DNA from: Burkholderiales bacterium
GTDB taxonomy: Bacteria > Pseudomonadota > Gammaproteobacteria > Burkholderiales > Usitatibacteraceae
Assembly: GCA_031413695.1 (NCBI GenBank)
Contig: JANOEV010000146.1
Span: 1-30,680 of the forward strand
Length of the DNA: 30,680 nucleotides
Reading direction: 5' to 3'
The notes below the pieces were generated by a model. The model had not been told where the DNA came from, did no database searches, and saw nothing but the letters and a program-made list of their open reading frames with translations. The translations under genes and the position numbers were made by a program. The stretch's first letter is position 1. Each line of letters starts with the position of its first letter. This document shows positions 9,456 to 18,255 of this stretch, piece after piece.

Positions 9456-12062
9456 TTATGCGGCCTTTGCAGATTCCAAAAAATCTTTGGCGAACCGTTG
9501 CAACACGCCACCCGCCTCGTAGACCGAGACCTCTTCCGCCGTGTCGAGCCGGCACATGACAGGCACGTTCAGCCGCTCACCGCTGTTGCGGGTGACCACG
9601 AGTGTCAACGTTGCACGCGGTGTGCGCTCACCGACCACGTCATAGGTCTCCGTACCATCGAGGGCCAGCGTCAGACGCGTGGTGCCCGGCATGAACTCAA
9701 GCGGCAATACGCCCATGCCGACCAGGTTTGTGCGGTGAATACGCTCAAAGCCTTCTGCGGCAATCGCCTCAACACCCGCAAGCCGCACACCTTTTGCCGC
9801 CCAATCACGCGACGAGCCCTGTCCATAGTCGGCGCCGGCGATGATGATCAACGGCTGCTTGCGTAACATGTAGGTTTCAATCGCCTCCCACATGCGGGTC
9901 ACCTTGCCCTCTGGTTCGATGCGGGTCAGTGAACCGCGCTTGACAACGCCTTCAACAACCGCCATTTCGTTGACGAGCGTGGGGTTGGCAAACGTTGCGC
10001 GCTGTGCTGTCAGGTGGTCGCCGCGATGCGTGGCGTATGAATTAAAGTCTTCCTCGGGCAGGCCCATCTTGGTCAGGTATTCTCCCGCCGCACTATTGGC
10101 CATGATGGCATTTGACGGCGAAAGATGGTCGGTGGTGATGTTATCGCCCAATACCGCGAGCGGCCGCATGCCGGTCAGCATGCGCGGGCTGGCGAGCGCA
10201 CCCTCCCAATACGGCGGGCGGCGGATGTAGGTGCTGTCGCCCCGCCAATCGTAAAGCGGGCTAACCCTGGTTGCGCTGCTTGCACGGCCTTCAAACATCG
10301 GGAAATAAACCTTGCGGAATTGCTCGGGCTTGACGCTCGATGCGACGATGGCATCAATTTCTTCATCCAACGGCCAAAGATCCTTGAGCAAAATCGGTTT
10401 GCCGAGACTGTCGTTGCCAAATGAATCTTTTTCAATATCAAAACGCACGGTGCCGGCGATGGCATAGGCGACCACCAACGGCGGCGACGCCAGAAATGCC
10501 TGCTTTGCATAGGGATGGATGCGGCCGTCAAAATTGCGATTCCCGGATAACACGGCGGTGGCGTATAAATCACGGTTAATAATTTCCTGCTGAATCTTGG
10601 GGTCGAGCGCGCCGGACATGCCGTTACAAGTAGTGCAGGCAAAGGCGACGATGCCAAAACCGAGCGCTTCCAGCTCGCCCATCAATCCCGCTTCTTCAAG
10701 ATACAGCGCAACGGTCTTGGAGCCCGGCGCGAGCGAAGTTTTCACCCACGGTTTGCGCGTGAGACCGGCACGATTCGCGTTGCGCGCAAGCAGGCCGGCG
10801 GCAATCACGTTGCGTGGATTGGATGTGTTGGTGCAGCTGGTGATTGCGGCGATGATCACGGCCCCGTCGGGCATTACGCCGGCGACATCGTTCCATTTGT
10901 TGGCGATGCCCCTGGCTGCAAGGTCGGCTGTTGCCACGCGGGCGTGTGGATTCGACGGGCCGGCCATGTTGCGTACGACGGTCGAGAGATCAAATGACAG
11001 TAGACGTTCGTAGACGACATCCTTTAGCGCGTTTGCGTCGGCGCCCGACCAGAGTCCCGCCACACGTGCGTAATTCTCCACCAGCCTGACCTGTGCGTCG
11101 TCACGACCCGTCAACTTCAGGTAATTGATCGTTTGCTGATCGACGGAAAACATTGCCGCCGTTGCGCCATACTCGGGCGCCATATTGGAAATCGTCGCAC
11201 GATCCCCCAGGGTAAGTGCGGCCGCGCCAACGCCATAAAATTCAAGGTACGCACCGACCACTTTTGATTTGCGCAAAAATTCGGTCATGGCCAGCACCAC
11301 ATCGGTTGCCGTGATGCCCGGTTGCGGGCGGCCGGACAGTTCAACGCCGACAATTTCAGGAAGTCGCATCCATGAGGCGCGACCGAGCATGACATTTTCG
11401 GCTTCCAGACCACCAACACCGATGGCAATCACACCCAACGCATCAACGTGTGGTGTGTGGCTGTCGGTGCCAATGCAGGTATCCGGGAATGCAATGCCGT
11501 TCTGCGCGTGGATGACCGGCGACATTTTTTCCAGATTGATTTGGTGCATGATGCCGTTGCCGGCCGGAATCACATCGACATTGTGGAAGGCATTTTTTGT
11601 CCAGTCGATGAAATGAAAGCGATCCTCGTTGCGGCGGTCTTCAATCGCGCGATTTTTTTCGAATGCCTGCGGGTCAAAACCGCCACATTCAACCGCGAGT
11701 GAGTGGTCGACGATCAGTTGCACAGGCACCACCGGATTGACCTTGGCCGGATCGCCACCCTGGTCGGCGATGGCGTCACGTAATCCGGCAAGGTCAACCA
11801 GGGCAGTCTGGCCGAGGATGTCGTGACACACCACCCGCGCCGGGAACCACGGAAAATCAAGGTCCCGTCTGCGCTCGATGATTTGTGTGAGCGACGCCGT
11901 CAGCGTGGTCGGATCGCAGCGGCGCACAAGATTCTCGGCAAAGACGCGCGAGGTATAAGGCAGTTTGTCGTAGGCGCCGGGCTGGATGGCGTCAACCGCG
12001 GCGCGTGCATCAAAAAAATCGAGCGTGGTGTTTGGCAGTTGCTTGCGATATTGCGTATTCAT
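9456..12062 (-). CDS. acnD: Fe/S-dependent 2-methylisocitrate dehydratase AcnD
   Basis: 868 aa aconitase-family protein with AcnD-type MNTQYRKQLP, RVVCHDILGQTALVDLAGLRDAIA and FACTTCNGMSGALDP; lies between prpC and prpF. Confidence 0.95.
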   Translation of the reverse strand: MNTQYRKQLPNTTLDFFDARAAVDAIQPGAYDKLPYTSRVFAENLVRRCDPTTLTASLTQIIERRRDLDFPWFPARVVCHDILGQTALVDLAGLRDAIADQGGDPAKVNPVVPVQLIVDHSLAVECGGFDPQAFEKNRAIEDRRNEDRFHFIDWTKNAFHNVDVIPAGNGIMHQINLEKMSPVIHAQNGIAFPDTCIGTDSHTPHVDALGVIAIGVGGLEAENVMLGRASWMRLPEIVGVELSGRPQPGITATDVVLAMTEFLRKSKVVGAYLEFYGVGAAALTLGDRATISNMAPEYGATAAMFSVDQQTINYLKLTGRDDAQVRLVENYARVAGLWSGADANALKDVVYERLLSFDLSTVVRNMAGPSNPHARVATADLAARGIANKWNDVAGVMPDGAVIIAAITSCTNTSNPRNVIAAGLLARNANRAGLTRKPWVKTSLAPGSKTVALYLEEAGLMGELEALGFGIVAFACTTCNGMSGALDPKIQQEIINRDLYATAVLSGNRNFDGRIHPYAKQAFLASPPLVVAYAIAGTVRFDIEKDSFGNDSLGKPILLKDLWPLDEEIDAIVASSVKPEQFRKVYFPMFEGRASSATRVSPLYDWRGDSTYIRRPPYWEGALASPRMLTGMRPLAVLGDNITTDHLSPSNAIMANSAAGEYLTKMGLPEEDFNSYATHRGDHLTAQRATFANPTLVNEMAVVEGVVKRGSLTRIEPEGKVTRMWEAIETYMLRKQPLIIIAGADYGQGSSRDWAAKGVRLAGVEAIAAEGFERIHRTNLVGMGVLPLEFMPGTTRLTLALDGTETYDVVGERTPRATLTLVVTRNSGERLNVPVMCRLDTAEEVSVYEAGGVLQRFAKDFLESAKAA

Positions 12063-12097
12063 TGGATTCCAATTCTGCTGCGGGGGTTAACGGGCAA

Positions 12098-13261
12098 TCA
12101 CACCCGTTTGGCGATCGGTACAAATTGCAAATCGTCCGGCCCGATGTAATTCGCGCTTGGCCGGATGATCTTATTGTCGATACGCTGCTCGATCACGTGT
12201 GCCGCCCAGCCAGAGGTCCGACTGATAATAAAGAGTGGCGTAAACATTGACGTTGGCACGCCCATCATGTGATAACTCACGGCGCTGAACCAATCGAGGT
12301 TCGGGAACATTTTCTTTTCCCGCATCATCACCGCCTCCAACCGGTCTGCAATGCTGTAGAGCTTCATATTGCCCTGGGCCTTGGCGAGTCCCTCCGCAAC
12401 ACGTTTGATGACGACGTTTCTCGGGTCAGAGATGGTGTAAACCGGATGCCCAAACCCGATGATGACTTGTTTTTCGGCAACGCGTCTGACAATGTCGGCC
12501 TCTGCCTCATCCGGATTGTCATAACGCGATTGGATATCAAACGCGACTTCATTTGCACCACCATGCTTGGGGCCGCGTAGCGCGCCGATCGCACCGGTGA
12601 TTGCCGAATACATATCGGAGCCAGTACCGGCAATGACACGGGCGGTAAACGTGGAGGCATTAAACTCGTGTTCAGCATAGAGATTCAGCGAGACGTGCAT
12701 GGCCTTGACCCATGCATCGGATGGCGGCTTGCCGTGCAATAGGTGCAAAAAATGGCCGCCGATTGAGTCATCGTCGGTTTCAACGTCGATGCGTTTGCCG
12801 TTGACCGCGAAGTGATACCAGTACAACAGCATTGAGCCAAACGAGGCCATCAAGCGATCGGCAATGTCTTTTGCCCCCGCCAGGCTGTGGTCGTCTTTTT
12901 CCGGCAGATTGCAGCCGAGTGCGGAACAGCCGGTACGCAGGACATCCATTGGATGCGCCGAAGAGGGCAGCGATTCAAGTGCGTCCTGCACTGCGACAGG
13001 AATCCCGCGTAACGACTTCAGCTTGGCCTTGTACGATTTCAGCTCAGTCGCGGTTGGTAGTTTGCCGTGGATAAGTAGATGTGCGATTTCTTCGAATTCG
13101 CATTGCTCGGCCATGTCGAGAATGTCGTAACCGCGGTAGTGCAGGTCGTTGCCGGTGAGGCCGACAGTGCACAGAGCGGTATTGCCGGCGACCACACCGG
13201 ATAACGCGACGGATTTTTTAACCTTGGGTCCCGCAGGCGCGGTGTTTGTAGCGTCCGACAT
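12098..13261 (-). CDS. prpC: 2-methylcitrate synthase PrpC
   Basis: [63 protein letters not shown]. Confidence 0.96.
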   Translation of the reverse strand: MSDATNTAPAGPKVKKSVALSGVVAGNTALCTVGLTGNDLHYRGYDILDMAEQCEFEEIAHLLIHGKLPTATELKSYKAKLKSLRGIPVAVQDALESLPSSAHPMDVLRTGCSALGCNLPEKDDHSLAGAKDIADRLMASFGSMLLYWYHFAVNGKRIDVETDDDSIGGHFLHLLHGKPPSDAWVKAMHVSLNLYAEHEFNASTFTARVIAGTGSDMYSAITGAIGALRGPKHGGANEVAFDIQSRYDNPDEAEADIVRRVAEKQVIIGFGHPVYTISDPRNVVIKRVAEGLAKAQGNMKLYSIADRLEAVMMREKKMFPNLDWFSAVSYHMMGVPTSMFTPLFIISRTSGWAAHVIEQRIDNKIIRPSANYIGPDDLQFVPIAKRV

Positions 13262-13270
13262 TGTGTCTCC

Positions 13271-13627
13271 TCACAGTTTTTGCATCAATTCAATTCGATT
13301 GCCAAATGGATCCCAGATTGATCCCCGATGGAAACCAGAAGGTCCTTTATCCAAGCGGGTTTTCAAGCCTTTTTGCTCCGCAATGCTCATCAATGCTTGA
13401 AAGTTGTCAACGCGCAAGGCCGGGTGGGCATACCCGGAAGCGGCAAACACATCTTCTTCGCCGAGATGCAAGTTGACCGCGCCCTGCGTTAACCACGCGC
13501 CGGTTTGGCGCATGTCGGCGGGTTTTGGCACACGGCTAAAACCCAGCATATCAACATAAAAGGCGAGCGCGCTGTCGAGTTGCCCGGACGGGATGGAAAC
13601 CTGCACGTGATCGAATGCCAGAATCAT
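13271..13627 (-). CDS. VOC / glyoxalase-family protein (118 aa)
   Basis: FDHVQVSIP...AFYVDMLGF, LHLG, HPALRVD and DPFGNRIEL give the VOC metal-ligand pattern (H, H, H, E). Start moved to ATG 13627, overlapping the GNAT stop (ATGA). Confidence 0.85.
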   Translation of the reverse strand: MILAFDHVQVSIPSGQLDSALAFYVDMLGFSRVPKPADMRQTGAWLTQGAVNLHLGEEDVFAASGYAHPALRVDNFQALMSIAEQKGLKTRLDKGPSGFHRGSIWDPFGNRIELMQKL

Positions 13628-14229
13628 TGTTGGGCCATTCGTTGTTGCCATTGCGCCGGCGAAATCCGATGCAGTAAATGGCGCTTGAGCGGCCAATCCA
13701 TTGGCACACGCGGGTGATCAAAATCGCCCGCCGCATCCCGCACCATGCCCAACCGGTCCATTACCCGGTGTGATGGCGTGTTGGTGGCGACCGACATGGC
13801 CACAACCTGCGGCAATTGCAGGTGGGCAAACGCAAAATCAAGCGCCGCCGCGGCACCCTCGGTTGCGTACCCCTGGTGCCACGCGTCGCGTGCAAGCCGC
13901 CAACCAACTTCAACCGCAGGCATCCACGGCGCTTCAAAGCCGGGCACGCTCAAGCCGACAAAGCCGGCAAATGGATGGATATTCGGGATCTCAATGGCCC
14001 ACATTCCCCAACCACGTTGTTGGATTCCGGCGCGAATGCGCGACATCTCGCTGGCGGCTTCATCGGCCGACAGCAATTTCGGAAAAAATTTTCGAACGTC
14101 GGGGTTGGCATTCATTGCAGACCATGCACCGGCATCGCTGTCCTTCCATTGACGCAACAACACGCGCGGGGTGCGCAATTCGACCGGCGATGGGAAGGTG
14201 CGTAGCAGCAGGGTGGAAACATCCGGCAT
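13624..14229 (-). CDS. GNAT family N-acetyltransferase (RimJ/RimL-like)
   Basis: LRTPRVLLRQW, FAGFVGL, VEVGWRLARDAWHQGYATEGA, NTPSHRVMDRLGM; ATG overlaps the prpB stop (TAATG). Confidence 0.88.
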   Translation of the reverse strand: MPDVSTLLLRTFPSPVELRTPRVLLRQWKDSDAGAWSAMNANPDVRKFFPKLLSADEAASEMSRIRAGIQQRGWGMWAIEIPNIHPFAGFVGLSVPGFEAPWMPAVEVGWRLARDAWHQGYATEGAAAALDFAFAHLQLPQVVAMSVATNTPSHRVMDRLGMVRDAAGDFDHPRVPMDWPLKRHLLHRISPAQWQQRMAQQ

Positions 14230-15110
14230 TATTTTTTGGCGGCGTAGAGTTTATCCAGCGACTGTTCAAACGCGTGATAGCCAATTCGGTCGTAGAGCTC
14301 TTCGCGGGTCTGCATGATGTTGACGACATTTTTTTGTGTGCCGTCGCGGCGGATCGCCTCATAAACCGTTTCAGCCGCCTTGTTCATTGCGCGAAAGGCT
14401 GACAGCGGATATAAGACCATTGCAACATCGGCGGCGCGCAACTCGTCGGTGGTGAAGAACGGTGTTTTACCAAACTCCGTGATGTTGCAAAGAATCGGCT
14501 TTTTCGTCGCTTCCACAAAACGTTTGTAGGTCGGTAAATCGTACGCGGCCTCAACAAAGATGCCGTCTGCACCGGCTTCGGCGAAAGCGACTGCACGTTC
14601 AAGAGCGGCGTCAACACCTTCGACTTGAATCGCATCCGTGCGGGCAATGATGAAGAAATCGGCATCGGTTTTGGCGTCGACCGCCGCTTTGACACGATCG
14701 ACCATTTCCTGTTGGGTGACAATTTCCTTGCCTGGCCGGTGGCCACAACGCTTGGCGCCGACCTGGTCTTCGATATGGCACGCCGCCGCGCCGAACTTGA
14801 TGAGTGACTTGACGGTGCGGGCAATGTTGAATGCGGATGGACCAAAGCCGGTGTCGATGTCAACCAGCAATGGCAGGTCACACACGTCGGTGATGCGACG
14901 AATGTCGGTCAGCACATCGTCGAGGTTGTTGATGCCCAAATCGGGCATGCCGAGTGAGCCGGCCGCAACACCGCCGCCGGAAAGGTAAATTGCACGGTAG
15001 CCGGCGCGCTTGGCCAACAATGCATGATTGGCATTGATTGTGCCGATGATTTGCAGCGGCTTTTCGTCTATCAGGGCTTGGCGGAATTTTGCGCCGGCAG
15101 ATTGCATCAT
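14229..15110 (-). CDS. prpB: Methylisocitrate lyase PrpB
   Basis: [56 protein letters not shown] catalytic loop. Start ATG 15110 or 15107. Confidence 0.96.
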   Translation of the reverse strand: MMQSAGAKFRQALIDEKPLQIIGTINANHALLAKRAGYRAIYLSGGGVAAGSLGMPDLGINNLDDVLTDIRRITDVCDLPLLVDIDTGFGPSAFNIARTVKSLIKFGAAACHIEDQVGAKRCGHRPGKEIVTQQEMVDRVKAAVDAKTDADFFIIARTDAIQVEGVDAALERAVAFAEAGADGIFVEAAYDLPTYKRFVEATKKPILCNITEFGKTPFFTTDELRAADVAMVLYPLSAFRAMNKAAETVYEAIRRDGTQKNVVNIMQTREELYDRIGYHAFEQSLDKLYAAKK

Positions 15111-15150
15111 TTGATTACCGATCAAGAATGTTGGGACAACCAATTAGGGG

Positions 15151-16143
15151 TCATGCGGCAAAAAAAGCAGCGTCGGCCTCGGCGGTTATTTTAACGCCAG
15201 TCACCTTGGCCTTTTGCAGCAGCTCCCAAAAGTATCGATAGGTGGCCCGGTCGTGCAATTCGCCCTTGTATTGGATCGGGCCCCAGTCAACTGCCTGGGC
15301 GGCGAGCAAAATGTTGGCGGCATCCTCAACCTCGGAGTGATCGGGCTGCATGGCGTCGACAATCGGCTGGATTTGTGCGGGGTAGATCGACCACATGCGC
15401 AGGAAGCCGAACTCATTGCGCGCGCGCAACGCGTCAGCCTTTACCACCTCGGTGTTCTTCAGATCCAGGCAGACATTGTGGGCGGGCACAACACCGTTGG
15501 CGAGTGCCGCCGCCACCACCTCCGCCTTGCCGCGCGCAATCAGGTGGTGTTCAAACTGCCCGGGCGAACGCATCGCTGATGCCGGAATCGCGCCGTGGTG
15601 CGCCGAGACAAAATCCATCAGTCCAAAATCAAGCACTTCGATGTCAGGTAACGCCGCGATTTGATGAACGTCGCGCAGTGCGCCATGGGTTTCAACCAGG
15701 ATATGGATCGGAATACTGCGGTCGATCGTATTTTTCGCCGCTGCCGCGCGTACATAGTCGATCATGTCGGCCGCGTCTTCAAGAGAAGTCGACTTCGGGA
15801 TCGTGATGTAGCGCAGAACGGCACCCGCACCGCCGACCAGAATATCGATATCCTGCCGCCAGTGCGGATGGGAGTGATCGTGAATGCGCGCACCCGCCAT
15901 TTTGTGTTTGTTGGCGTCACTTGTGAGCACCCGCACAATCATTTCGGCGTGGGATTTTTCCTGGCCAGCCGGCGCGCCGTCTTCGCAGTCGCAGGTGATA
16001 TCAAACACCGGACCAAGGCTATCCTGAAGCGCAAGTGCTTTCAGGATCAGCTTTTCGCTGCCGGCAAAGTGTTCGCACGAGGCGATCATCGGGAACGGTT
16101 TTTCCCCGGCGAACAGGGCGGTATCAGGGTGGACGGTTGACAT
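15151..16143 (-). CDS. HpcH/HpaI aldolase / CitE-like lyase family protein (betaproteobacterial TCA-cluster type)
   Basis: CEHFAGSEKLILKAL, DCEDGA, ARIHD, IHILVETHGAL, DFGLMDF, GFLRMWSIYPAQI, HDRATYRYFW. Start moved to ATG 16143. Confidence 0.85.
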   Translation of the reverse strand: MSTVHPDTALFAGEKPFPMIASCEHFAGSEKLILKALALQDSLGPVFDITCDCEDGAPAGQEKSHAEMIVRVLTSDANKHKMAGARIHDHSHPHWRQDIDILVGGAGAVLRYITIPKSTSLEDAADMIDYVRAAAAKNTIDRSIPIHILVETHGALRDVHQIAALPDIEVLDFGLMDFVSAHHGAIPASAMRSPGQFEHHLIARGKAEVVAAALANGVVPAHNVCLDLKNTEVVKADALRARNEFGFLRMWSIYPAQIQPIVDAMQPDHSEVEDAANILLAAQAVDWGPIQYKGELHDRATYRYFWELLQKAKVTGVKITAEADAAFFAA

Positions 16144-16179
16144 GATGGTTGTCTTCAAGAGGTCTAAAGTTTGGTCGGA

Positions 16180-17223
16180 TCAAGCTTGACGTTGCATCAG
16201 GATGGTGTAATCAAGGTCAAGAACGCGTTGCGCATCGGTCATCGATGCAGAAGCGACCGTATTGGGGTCGACATTCTTGTACCCGGCGAGCCGGACGCGG
16301 AGCGCGCCAATCTGTGCGCTCAACGGCCACTTGGCGATCGGCGTCGAGACGGCGTACAGCGTGTCGCCTGCAAAGGTTGGGTTGGTGTGCGCACCGGCGT
16401 TGATGGCGGCGACTGACAGTGCGTTTTCAAGGCCGTCGAAGGACAGGGCGCGGCAAATTGAGATCACCTGACCGCCGTAGACCAGCCGCCGGCCGAAACG
16501 TGAACCGGTCATATGGTGCGCGTCAAAATGCACCCGCGCCGTATTTTGGTAAAGCTTGGTGGCAAGTGTGTGGTCGGTTTCATCAAGCGTCATGCCGGCC
16601 GGATGTTTGATCGGTACATCCAGCACAATATCATCCCAAAAGTGCCGGCTGCCGGTCGCGCCAGCCACTTGCGTTGACGCACGGAAAAATGGCGGTACAT
16701 GCAAGTTGTCGGGCGCGACAAAGGCGGCAAATTCCGGCGCGATTGCCTGTCCTGTGTTGACTTGGGAATCGGCCGACGCGCAATGCACCATTACCCAGCG
16801 CACCCAGGTCAGAACCATTTGGTCGTTTTGATTAAATGCATTGGAGCGCACATACACCACGCCGGTCTTGCCGCTGCTGTTCTTGCGCAATCCGATAATT
16901 TCAGATTCCGCGTGTATGGTGTCGCCCACGAATACCGGTCGGATAAAGCGGCAATCGGCGTAACCAAGATTTGCCACCGCGTTGTAAGAAACATCGGCGA
17001 CGGTCTTGCCAAACGCAATATGAAACACCAGCATGTCATCAACCGGCGACGACGGGTAGCCGAGTGAATGTGCAAAGGGTTCGCTGCAATGCAGCGGATT
17101 ACGCGAACCGGTCAACGCCTGATAAAGCGCGGTATCGCCGTTGGTGATGGTGCGCGGGGTGGCGTGGACAAATTTTTGCCCGACAAGGTAGTCGCCGAAA
17201 AAATAGCCGGAAAGCGGTCTCAT
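16180..17223 (-). CDS. mch: Double hot-dog MaoC-family hydratase, most similar to mesaconyl-C1-CoA (2-methylfumaryl-CoA) hydratase Mch
   Basis: FFGDYLVGQ..HATPRT, FHIAFGKTVADVSYNAVANLGYA, NSSGKTGVVYVRS, WVRWVMV, ATKLYQNTARVHFD, RLVYGGQVIS, NAGAHTNPTFAGDT and LDLDY follow the Rhodobacter-type Mch pattern as I recall it, over the whole length. Substrate not provable from sequence. Confidence 0.78.
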   Translation of the reverse strand: MRPLSGYFFGDYLVGQKFVHATPRTITNGDTALYQALTGSRNPLHCSEPFAHSLGYPSSPVDDMLVFHIAFGKTVADVSYNAVANLGYADCRFIRPVFVGDTIHAESEIIGLRKNSSGKTGVVYVRSNAFNQNDQMVLTWVRWVMVHCASADSQVNTGQAIAPEFAAFVAPDNLHVPPFFRASTQVAGATGSRHFWDDIVLDVPIKHPAGMTLDETDHTLATKLYQNTARVHFDAHHMTGSRFGRRLVYGGQVISICRALSFDGLENALSVAAINAGAHTNPTFAGDTLYAVSTPIAKWPLSAQIGALRVRLAGYKNVDPNTVASASMTDAQRVLDLDYTILMQRQA

Positions 17224-17233
17224 GGAGGTGGTC

Positions 17234-18109
17234 TCAGGCCGATTCCAGTTCCTTGATCATTTGTGCAAGCGCAATGATGCGTTTGGATGCCGCCACATGA
17301 TGCCCCTCGACCAGCCGGCCGTTGAGCATGATGGTGCCGCGTCCGTCGCGATGCGCAACCTCAAGCGCGTCAATCACTTCATATGCGTAAGCAACCTCTG
17401 TCGCCTTTGGTGTGAAGGCGTCATTACAATAGGCAAGTTGATTGGGGTGCACTAGCGATTTGCCGTCGAAGCCGAGGTCACGCGTCAGGCGGCACGCCAT
17501 TTCAAAGGAATGCATGTCCTTGATATCGATGCTGATGCCGTCAACCACGGCACGTTTATAGGCGCGACCCACCAGCAATACGTGGGAGAGTGAGTAGTGC
17601 AACGGGATGCGGTCGGGCGTTTTTCGGCCGTGTAACTGCGTGATCAAATCCGACGTGGCCATGATCAGGCACGCAATCCGGTCTGATGCGGCGGCAATTT
17701 CCTCGGCGCGCAACACCGCAATCGGACTTTCAATCATCACCATGATCGGCAAATGTGAACCGCCTGCGGCATCCAATGCCGCGAGTGCATCAATCACATC
17801 CTGCCGCGATTCAATATTCGGAAATAACACGGCGTCTACGCCGATGCGCGCGACGGCCTTGACGTCATCAAGACCCCATGGCGAGTCCAGATCGTTTACC
17901 CGCACCACCAATTCGCGGCGTCCGTAACCACCGGACAAAATCGCCTCGACCACCTGGGTGCGCGAAAGCGCCTTGTTTTCAACCAGTACCGAATCGCCCA
18001 GGTCGAAGATCACCGAGTCGACCTTGACGGTTCGCGCCTTGTTCAAAAAACGCTGGAAGCAGCCGGGAACATAAAGCATTGAACGGCGCGGTCGGAGAAA
18101 TGGGGTCAT
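17234..18109 (-). CDS. CitE-family CoA-ester lyase/thioesterase, closest in pattern to Mcl2 ((3S)-malyl-CoA thioesterase), with atypical residues
   Basis: RPRRSMLYVPG, GYGRRELVVRVN, SPWGLDD, MIES, TSDL, DG, GFDGKSLVHPNQ, GRLVEGHHV. Start moved to ATG 18109. Confidence 0.82.
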   Translation of the reverse strand: MTPFLRPRRSMLYVPGCFQRFLNKARTVKVDSVIFDLGDSVLVENKALSRTQVVEAILSGGYGRRELVVRVNDLDSPWGLDDVKAVARIGVDAVLFPNIESRQDVIDALAALDAAGGSHLPIMVMIESPIAVLRAEEIAAASDRIACLIMATSDLITQLHGRKTPDRIPLHYSLSHVLLVGRAYKRAVVDGISIDIKDMHSFEMACRLTRDLGFDGKSLVHPNQLAYCNDAFTPKATEVAYAYEVIDALEVAHRDGRGTIMLNGRLVEGHHVAASKRIIALAQMIKELESA

Positions 18110-18172
18110 TGCGATGTCGTCTGTGAAAGTATCGAGAATCGAAAAATGGCACACTGCTGCTGCAATGCAACA

Positions 18173-18200
18173 ATTCTAAAGCGTGTTTCAAAAAAGTCAA
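18173..18200 (-). promoter_or_regulatory. Sigma70-type promoter for the mcl-like/mch/prp/acn run
   Basis: On the minus strand TTGACT (18200-18195), 16-nt spacer, TAGAAT (18178-18173). Confidence 0.7.
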
Positions 18201-18206
18201 TAAGAC

Positions 18207-18228
18207 TTATATCTTATATAAGACATAA
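18207..18228. promoter_or_regulatory. Palindromic operator, SdhR-type GntR/HutC binding site
   Basis: TTATATCTTATATAAGACATAA: 22-bp palindrome with one mismatched pair and perfect core TCTTATATAAGA, between the divergent genes; matches the SdhR motif predicted by comparative genomics in Betaproteobacteria (TTATGTCTTATATAAGACATAA, from memory). Confidence 0.8.
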
Positions 18229-18255
18229 ATACATAATCGATGCTAATATTTCGCC

